From positions 768,001 through 832,000 of the forward strand of contig CAVYSW010000010.1 in NCBI GenBank assembly GCA_963771275.1: a stretch of DNA of 64,000 nucleotides. The letters are read 5' to 3'. The notes below the pieces were generated by a model, which was given only the letters and a program-made list of their open reading frames with translations, was not told the origin of the DNA and ran no database searches. This document shows positions 58,327 through 64,000 of the stretch, piece by piece; the stretch's first letter is position 1; every line of letters starts with the position of its first letter. The position numbers and the translations under genes are program-made. This DNA is from an uncultured Gemmatimonadales bacterium (lineage in GTDB: Bacteria; Gemmatimonadota; Gemmatimonadetes; Gemmatimonadales; GWC2-71-9).

Positions 58327-59493
58327 GTGACCCGCGTCCTGCTCATTCCCGATCTCCAGGGCGAGCGGTGGCTCTCGATGGACCGCTACGCCACGCGGCT
58401 CGCCGCCCACCTGCCCCACGCGGCGCCCGACCTGACGTTCGCGCTGGCGAGCCCGGTGAGCCATCTCACGTTCGACGAGCGGCCGCTGCCGCTCCGGCCG
58501 TACGGCGACCGCGAGGGCACCGAGCCGTCGCTCGCGGTCGAGTGGTCGCGTTACGTGCAGCGCTACCTGCGCTACCCGGCGCAGGTGCGGCTCCAGCCGG
58601 CCGACGTGTTCCACGTGCTCGATCACACCTACGCGCACCTGGTTCGGGTGGCCGGGGGAACCCCGACCGTCGTAACGGTACACGACCTGCTCCCGGTGCT
58701 CACGGTGAAGCGTCGCGCCCGGCGACTGCGGGAGCGCGCGCGCAACGTGCTGCTGCGCCACGCGCTCGGCGGGCTCAGGCGGGCCCGCGCCTGGATCGTG
58801 GGCACGGAGTGGCTGCGCGGAGAGCTGGCCGCCTGGCTCGGCCGGGAGGCCGGGATCCACGTGGTGCCGTACGGCGTGGACGACGCGTTCTTCGACCCCC
58901 CGCCCAAGGACGAGGCGCGCGCGGCGGTCCGCGAGGGGCTCGGCATTCCCACCGACGCCTTCGTGGTGCTCCACGTGGGCAGCGTGGTGGAGCGGAAGAA
59001 CATCCCGGCCGTGATCGCCGCGGTGCATGGGCTCCGGCAACGCGGCGTTCCCGCCTGGCTGCTGCAGGTGGGCGGGCCGTTCACCGAGCAGCAGATCGCG
59101 GCGCTCGCCGACCGCGGCATCCGGGACGCGGTGGTCCAGGTGCCCGAGGCGCCGGAGCGCCAGCTGCGCGCGGCGTACCACGCGGCGGACGTGCTGCTGT
59201 TCCCGTCGCACTACGAGGGCTTCGGCCTGCCGTTGCTCGAAGCGATGGCATCGGGGCTCCCGGTGGTCACGTCGGGCGCCGGGGCGCTGGCCGAGGTCGC
59301 GGGCGACGGCGCGATCGTGGTGCCGAGCCGCGACCCCGAGCGCTACGTGGACGCCGTGATCGCGCTGGCGGAAGACGCGCAACAGGCCGACGATCTCCGG
59401 GCCCGCGGCCGCAGGCGGGCGAGCGGGTTCCGCTGGACCGAGACGGCGCGCCGCACCGCGGAGGTGTATCGGTTGCTGATCAGTGAAAAGTGA
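58327..59493 (+). CDS. GT4 glycosyltransferase
   Basis: TVHDL, VGSVVERKN, FPSHYEGFGLPLLEAMASG. Confidence 0.93.
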   Translation: MTRVLLIPDLQGERWLSMDRYATRLAAHLPHAAPDLTFALASPVSHLTFDERPLPLRPYGDREGTEPSLAVEWSRYVQRYLRYPAQVRLQPADVFHVLDHTYAHLVRVAGGTPTVVTVHDLLPVLTVKRRARRLRERARNVLLRHALGGLRRARAWIVGTEWLRGELAAWLGREAGIHVVPYGVDDAFFDPPPKDEARAAVREGLGIPTDAFVVLHVGSVVERKNIPAVIAAVHGLRQRGVPAWLLQVGGPFTEQQIAALADRGIRDAVVQVPEAPERQLRAAYHAADVLLFPSHYEGFGLPLLEAMASGLPVVTSGAGALAEVAGDGAIVVPSRDPERYVDAVIALAEDAQQADDLRARGRRRASGFRWTETARRTAEVYRLLISEK

Positions 59494-59541
59494 GAAGTGA
59501 AAAGTGAAAAGGGGTGTCGCGGGAAACGGGAACCGGGAAAC
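59483..59541 (+). repeat. (GTGAAAA)4 array followed by a (GGGAAAC)3 array
   Basis: GTGAAAA GTGAGAA GTGAAAA GTGAAAA (59483-59510); GGGAAAC GGGAACC GGGAAAC (59521-59541). Confidence 0.9.
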
Positions 59542-59557
59542 GAAGGCGAGTGACCTG

Positions 59558-60754
59558 GTGACACACGGCCATAGCGACGCCGCCCTGCGCGTCACCGCGC
59601 TCGCCGTCTCCGCCCAGCTCGGCGGGACGGAGCGCGTGCTGCTCGATTTCGCGGCGCGCGCCTTCGAGTTCGACATCCTGCTGCGCGTGATCGCGCCGCG
59701 GCACGGGCCGCTGATCCGCATCCTCGGCGAGTTGGGCATCCCGGCGGAGGTCGTGCCGGGCCCGGCGACGATGGTGCACGAGTCGCGCGGCGGGCGCCGG
59801 CTCGCGGTGGCGTCGCTCGCGCTCCCGGGTCTCCGGGCCTGGAGCCGGCGGATCCAGCGCCACCCGGTGGTGCGCGACGCCGACGTCGTCTACTCGGTCG
59901 CCTTCACGGCCCACCTCGCCACCCTCGGCGGGGCCGGGCCCGTCGTCTGGCACCTGCACGAGTTCCCCCCACCGCTCACCGCGCCGCTGTGGCACGCCCT
60001 GGCGCGACGGCCGGCGGCGCTGATCGCCAACTCCCACGCCGTCGCGCGGGCCTGGGGCCGGCACGCGCCCGCGGGACGGATCACCACCGTGCCGAACGGC
60101 GTGGACCTCGACCGGTTCCAGCCGCGCGCGCGTACGGGCTGGATTCACCAGCGGCTGGGCATCCCGCGTGACGCGCGGCTGATCGGCATGCCGGCGGTGC
60201 TGGCGCCCTGGAAAGGCCAGCTTGCGGTCTTGGACGCGTTCGCCGCGATCGCGGACCAGTTCCCGGCGGTCCACCTCGTCTTCCTGGGGGGCGTGGTGTA
60301 CGACACGGCCGCCGAGCGGGCGTTCGAGCACGACCTGCTGCGGGCGATCACCGCGCGGCGCTCGGGCGGCCCGGCGCACATCCATCGGCTGCCGTTCCAG
60401 CCCAAGGTGGAGCTGGTCTATCCCGAGCTGGACGCCGTGGTGCACTACTCCACGCGGCCCGAGCCGTTCGGCCGCGTCGTGCTGGAAGGCATGGCCTGCG
60501 AGATCCCCGTGCTGGCGGCGGCCGAGGGCGGCCCATGCGAGATCCTGACGGAGGGTGGCTGGCTGGTCGAGCCGCGCAACCCGCGAGCCCTGGCCGGTGC
60601 CCTCGCGGCCACGCTCAGGCTCGCGCCCGAGGCGCTCAAAGAGGTCGGTCAGCGCGGCCGGCGCCGGGCGGAGGACTGCTACTCGGCGCGGCGGTTCGCG
60701 CGGGAGGTGGGGGCAGTGCTGTGGGGGGTGAAGCGAGTGAAACGTGAAAAGTGA
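59558..60754 (+). CDS. GT4 glycosyltransferase
   Basis: GGTER, WHLHE, PNGVD, PWKGQ, EPFGRVVLEGMA. Confidence 0.92.
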   Translation: MTHGHSDAALRVTALAVSAQLGGTERVLLDFAARAFEFDILLRVIAPRHGPLIRILGELGIPAEVVPGPATMVHESRGGRRLAVASLALPGLRAWSRRIQRHPVVRDADVVYSVAFTAHLATLGGAGPVVWHLHEFPPPLTAPLWHALARRPAALIANSHAVARAWGRHAPAGRITTVPNGVDLDRFQPRARTGWIHQRLGIPRDARLIGMPAVLAPWKGQLAVLDAFAAIADQFPAVHLVFLGGVVYDTAAERAFEHDLLRAITARRSGGPAHIHRLPFQPKVELVYPELDAVVHYSTRPEPFGRVVLEGMACEIPVLAAAEGGPCEILTEGGWLVEPRNPRALAGALAATLRLAPEALKEVGQRGRRRAEDCYSARRFAREVGAVLWGVKRVKREK

Positions 60755-60800
60755 AGAGTGAACAGAGGCGCGTTGCTCTTTTCACTTTTCACTCTTTCAC
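60737..60800. repeat. Inverted GTGAAAA/TTTTCAC arrays between convergent genes (hairpin)
   Basis: GTGAAAC GTGAAAA GTGAAGA GTGAACA ... TTTTCAC TTTTCAC TCTTTCAC. Confidence 0.88.
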
Positions 60801-61274
60801 CTCGCACCGCCACACCCCGCTCTCCGCCGCGTAGCCCTCGCGCGGCAGAATCTGCTCGGCCGCGAGCACGATCCCCCAGAAGCCGGCCACCAGGGCCAGC
60901 ACGTGCGCCGCGGGACTGCGCAGCCGCCAGGCGGCCATCGCCGCCCAGCCGGCGGTGAGCAGCACGACGAACACGGCGCCGAGGTAGCTGTAGAGCGGCC
61001 ACCCGCAGTCGGCCCGGTACGGCCACTGGGTGAGCGCGGCACCGAGTCCCGCGGCACCGACGGCGCGCGCCCACACGCCGGCGCGCTCGAGCGGCGTCGG
61101 CCCCGGGCGGCGGGGGGGCGGAACGGCCGGCCGGGGCCCTGAGGAGGTCCCCGGGGGACGGGCAGGCGGCTCGTCGGGATCACCCCGAAGGGTCGGATCG
61201 GCCCCCGGCAGCTTCCTCAGCAGCCGTTCGACCTCACGGGCCATCGAATCGCGCTTGTCAGGGGGCTTGGGCAC
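60789..61274 (-). CDS. Hypothetical membrane protein (3 TM, two Cys)
   Basis: Pro-rich N-terminus, WPY..DCG, ILPREGYA...WRC; probable leaderless GTG start at 61274. Confidence 0.75.
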   Translation of the reverse strand: MPKPPDKRDSMAREVERLLRKLPGADPTLRGDPDEPPARPPGTSSGPRPAVPPPRRPGPTPLERAGVWARAVGAAGLGAALTQWPYRADCGWPLYSYLGAVFVVLLTAGWAAMAAWRLRSPAAHVLALVAGFWGIVLAAEQILPREGYAAESGVWRCEVKE

Positions 61275-61473
61275 GGAGGGACCATACAAGGGGGGAGGAT
61301 CGGGCGTCCACCACATAGATCACAGCCCCACAACCGCTTTCCCTGGGGCCATCCCCCCCCCGGGCGTCACCAGGCCGCTCACCGCGTTCTTTCGATGACG
61401 ACGATCCCCCGGTCACTCCGCACGTTCCCGCATGTGCCGACTCTTGCCAACTCGGCCGAGGAGCACCCATCGT

Positions 61474-62028
61474 ATGGCCATGCCCGATACCGCACGGCGC
61501 TACACCGTCGAGGAGGTGCTCGCGTTCCCCAGCGATGGGAACCGCTACGAGCTGGTGGATGGGGAGCTGCTGGTGACGCCGGCGCCCCGGAGCCGGCATC
61601 AGCTCATCGTGGGCGAGCTGTACGGCCGCTTGTATCAGTATCTGGAGCCGCGCCGTCGTGAGGCGCGGGTTGTGCTGTCTCCGGCCGACATCCGGTGGCC
61701 GGGCGAGGTGCTGGTCCAGCCCGACGTGTTCGTGGTACCGGCGGCGGAGCTCACCGCGCAGGACTGGTCGAGTGTCCGCACGCTGCTGCTGGCGGTGGAG
61801 GTCGTTTCACCCAGCTCGTCACGCCATGACCGGGTCACGAAGCGGCAGGTGTACCAGCGGCAGCGGGTCGCCACCTACTGGGTGGTGGACCCCGACGCCC
61901 GGGTGGTGGAGGTCTGGCACCCGGACGACCAGCGCCCGGAGATCGTCACCGGCGTGCTCACGTGGCGACTGCCGGGAGCGGCTGAAGAGCTCAGGATCGA
62001 GCTCGAAGCGGTGTTCGCGGGGGTGTGA
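61474..62028 (+). CDS. Uma2-family (PD-(D/E)XK) endonuclease
   Basis: RYELVDGEL, VQPDV, LAVEVVSPS, DRVTKRQVY, YWVVDP. Confidence 0.93.
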   Translation: MAMPDTARRYTVEEVLAFPSDGNRYELVDGELLVTPAPRSRHQLIVGELYGRLYQYLEPRRREARVVLSPADIRWPGEVLVQPDVFVVPAAELTAQDWSSVRTLLLAVEVVSPSSSRHDRVTKRQVYQRQRVATYWVVDPDARVVEVWHPDDQRPEIVTGVLTWRLPGAAEELRIELEAVFAGV

Positions 62029-62034
62029 TCAGGA

Positions 62035-62172
62035 GTGAAAAGTGAGAAGTGAAAAGTGAAAAGGGAGAACCGGGCTGGCGTTGACGCAGGCCGCGCAGCA
62101 CGGGGTGCGAATCAGAAGCAGTCTGTCTTTTCACTTTTCACTTATCACTTTTCACTCTTTTTCACTTTTCAC
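62035..62172. repeat. Inverted (GTGAAAA)4/(TTTTCAC)6 arrays between convergent Uma2 and hflX
   Basis: Arms at 62035-62062 and 62128-62172, separated by 65 nt. Confidence 0.92.
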
Positions 62173-63354
62173 TGATGCCTCCTGAAGCGCCGCCACCAGC
62201 TCCCCCACCTCCCCCTTCACCGCACTGACACATGCCGCCGGCGCGAACGTCTCGCGCACCCGCTGGCGGAAGCCGTCGGGATCGCTCAAGCGGTCCATCT
62301 TGTTGAACACGTGGACCACGCGCGCGCCATTCAGATCGAGGTCGGCGAGCACCGTGTCCACCACGGCGACCTGCTCCTCCCACTGCGGGTGCGACGCATC
62401 GACCACGTGGAGCAGGAGGTCGGCCTCAGCCACTTCCTCGAGCGTGGCCCGGAAGCTCGCCACCAGGTGGTGCGGCAGCTTGCGGATGAAGCCCACCGTA
62501 TCGACCAGCCGGATCCGCTGCCCGTTCTCGAACCGCGTCTCGCGGGTGAGCGTGTCGAGCGTGGCGAACAGCCGGTCCTCGACGAACGTCTCGGCCCCGG
62601 TCAGCGCGCGGAGCAGGCTCGACTTCCCGGCGTTGGTGTAGCCCACCAGCGCCGCGGTCGGCACGGCGCGGCGCGCCCTGCCCTGCCGCAGCAGCGTGCG
62701 GTGGCGCTCCCAGTCGGCCAGCTTCTCCTTCAGGCGGCTGATCTTCTGCCGGATCATCCGGCGGTCGGTCTCGATCTGCGTCTCGCCCGGTCCCCGGAGC
62801 CCGATGCCGCCGCGGATGCGGGACAGGTGGACCCACATGCGGGCGAGGCGCGGCAGCAGGTACTCGAGCTGCGCCAGCTCCACCTGCATCCGGGCCTCGT
62901 TGCTCCGGGCCCGCGTGGCGAAGATGTCGAGGATCAGCTCGGCCCGGTCCATCACGCGGAGGTCCAAGGCCTTCTCCAGGTTCTTCCCCTGGACGGGCGC
63001 CAGCTCCTCGTCGAACAGCAGCAGCGTGGCGCCGGCCGCTTCGGCGGCGAGGCGCACCTCCTCGACTTTCCCCTTGCCGAGGTAGAGCGCGGGTGTCGGC
63101 TTCTGGATGCGCTGCGTCATGCGGCCCACGACGGTGGCGCCGGCGGTATCGGCGAGCCGCGCAAGCTCGTCGAGATGATCCTCGCTGTGGGTGGCATCGC
63201 GGGTGCCGCGGCGCGGCGCGCCCACCAGAAAGGCGCGCTCGATGGGATCGCGGATTTCGTGCAGTTTGGTGGGGATGTGCGCGGTCCTCGCTTTCTCGGT
63301 CAGCGGATGGCGGCTAGGCGGTTGCCCGAGCCTTGGATATTGAGAATTGGACAT
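62152..63354 (-). CDS. hflX: GTPase HflX (start uncertain)
   Basis: ILDIFATRA, QVELAQLEYLLPRL, GPGETQIETDRR, GYTNAGKS, LFATLD, DTVGFI, NKMD. Confidence 0.97.
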   Translation of the reverse strand: MSNSQYPRLGQPPSRHPLTEKARTAHIPTKLHEIRDPIERAFLVGAPRRGTRDATHSEDHLDELARLADTAGATVVGRMTQRIQKPTPALYLGKGKVEEVRLAAEAAGATLLLFDEELAPVQGKNLEKALDLRVMDRAELILDIFATRARSNEARMQVELAQLEYLLPRLARMWVHLSRIRGGIGLRGPGETQIETDRRMIRQKISRLKEKLADWERHRTLLRQGRARRAVPTAALVGYTNAGKSSLLRALTGAETFVEDRLFATLDTLTRETRFENGQRIRLVDTVGFIRKLPHHLVASFRATLEEVAEADLLLHVVDASHPQWEEQVAVVDTVLADLDLNGARVVHVFNKMDRLSDPDGFRQRVRETFAPAACVSAVKGEVGELVAALQEASVKSEKE

Positions 63355-63389
63355 TGATCATTGGTCATTGAATTGATCATTGGTCATTG
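63336..63389. repeat. Solo right arm of the CAATG heptamer element
   Basis: GATATTG AGAATTG GACATTG ATCATTG GTCATTG AATTG ATCATTG GTCATTG. Confidence 0.88.
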
Positions 63390-63390
63390 A

Positions 63391-63747
63391 TCAGACCAGC
63401 AGCGCCCGCATGGGGTGGAGGGTGCGGCGGAAGGGATCGAACACCAGGCCCAGGATCTCCAACGTGACGACGCCCAGGAGCGCCTCGGCGTCGCCGGGCT
63501 CGCCCAGGACGACGGGCGTGTGGCACTCCCCCTCAGCAAGCGAGAGGTGGCATTCGGACACCGTCCGGCGGATGGTGGTGCCGTCCGCCAGCGCGAATCC
63601 CATGTCACGCTTGGCGGTGAGACCGATCGCGGTCCACACGGCGTGCGGGAGGAGCGAGTAGACCGCTCCGCTGTCGATCAGAAAGCGGACCTCCGCGGTG
63701 ATGCCGGTGGGACCACGGACGGTCCCTTGGATGTAGCTCAAGCCCAT
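63391..63747 (-). CDS. Clan AA (retropepsin-like) aspartic protease
   Basis: FLIDSGA catalytic motif, LADG, LLGVVTLE. Confidence 0.9.
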   Translation of the reverse strand: MGLSYIQGTVRGPTGITAEVRFLIDSGAVYSLLPHAVWTAIGLTAKRDMGFALADGTTIRRTVSECHLSLAEGECHTPVVLGEPGDAEALLGVVTLEILGLVFDPFRRTLHPMRALLV

Positions 63748-63849
63748 GCTCCCGAAGCTGAATGCTCTCGGCCAGCCTGCGTCACCGTAAGATCGCGGGG
63801 GCGGGCGGAATCACGCCAGGTGCCTGAGAGATGGTGCGTGGTTCCAGCG

Positions 63850-63884
63850 GCCCTCGGCTATCGGCTGTCGGCTATCGGTTATCG
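63850..63884 (+). repeat. (GCTATCG)5 heptamer array
   Basis: GCCCTCG GCTATCG GCTGTCG GCTATCG GTTATCG. Confidence 0.85.
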
Positions 63885-63915
63885 GCCCCACTGATGGATG
63901 ACGTGCCGCGTGGTT

Positions 63916-63944
63916 TTGCCTACCTCCCCGGCCGAGCGTACCTT
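63916..63944 (+). promoter_or_regulatory. Putative sigma70 promoter for a gene starting at about 63979 (MPVAKLS..., runs off the window)
   Basis: TTGCCT-17 bp-TACCTT, with GGTGG and ATG downstream. Confidence 0.45.
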
Positions 63945-64000
63945 ACTGTGTGTGCCATCTTGACCATGGTGGCGCCCCATGCCGGTCGCGAAGCTGTCAC

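Noticed and set aside
63979..64000. Possible AbrB/MazE-type antitoxin start (MPVAKLS)
   Set aside because: Only seven codons are visible, too little to call.

Overview
High-GC bacterial chromosomal window. The gene order and the Ser/Thr kinase-TPR gene suggest Gemmatimonadota; this is an inference, not a database result. Positions 1-4.5 kb hold a two-component cluster ending in a kinase-less sensor next to the 3' end of tRNA-Leu. Positions 4.7-11.8 kb hold feoB, an unannotated Cys-rich gene and feoA, then a FadL porin, a GDSL lipoprotein and an outer-membrane protein. Positions 11.8-49.3 kb are one long minus-strand housekeeping run: recN, nadK, dxs, ispA, xseAB, folD, rny, zapAB, pheST, rplT, rpmI, infC, arcA, rex, rsmA, an RsbUVW-like module, pta, coaD, rsmD, recJ, dnaG, mutS2, rpsU, dnaJ, hrcA, hemW, dprA, obgE. 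Positions 49-64 kb are accessory: Wzi-like OMP, DinB, methyltransferases, a kinase, tRNA-Val, tRNA-Ile2, three GT4s, Uma2, hflX and an aspartic protease. The most unusual signals are four. (1) Several families of 7-, 8- and 9-bp tandem arrays form inverted pairs, supply gene ends, flank small accessory genes and sit in-frame inside rsmA, pta and an MBL hydrolase. (2) A 28-bp dif-like XerCD site lies in an AT-rich patch inside a coding sequence. (3) Regulatory signals are written into upstream coding ends: stop codons that double as -10 boxes, a Rex box and a divergent CIRCE-like operator. (4) An L20-leader-type attenuator precedes an infC with a non-canonical start. No CRISPR, rRNA, integrase or transposase was seen. 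All motif calls were made by eye.
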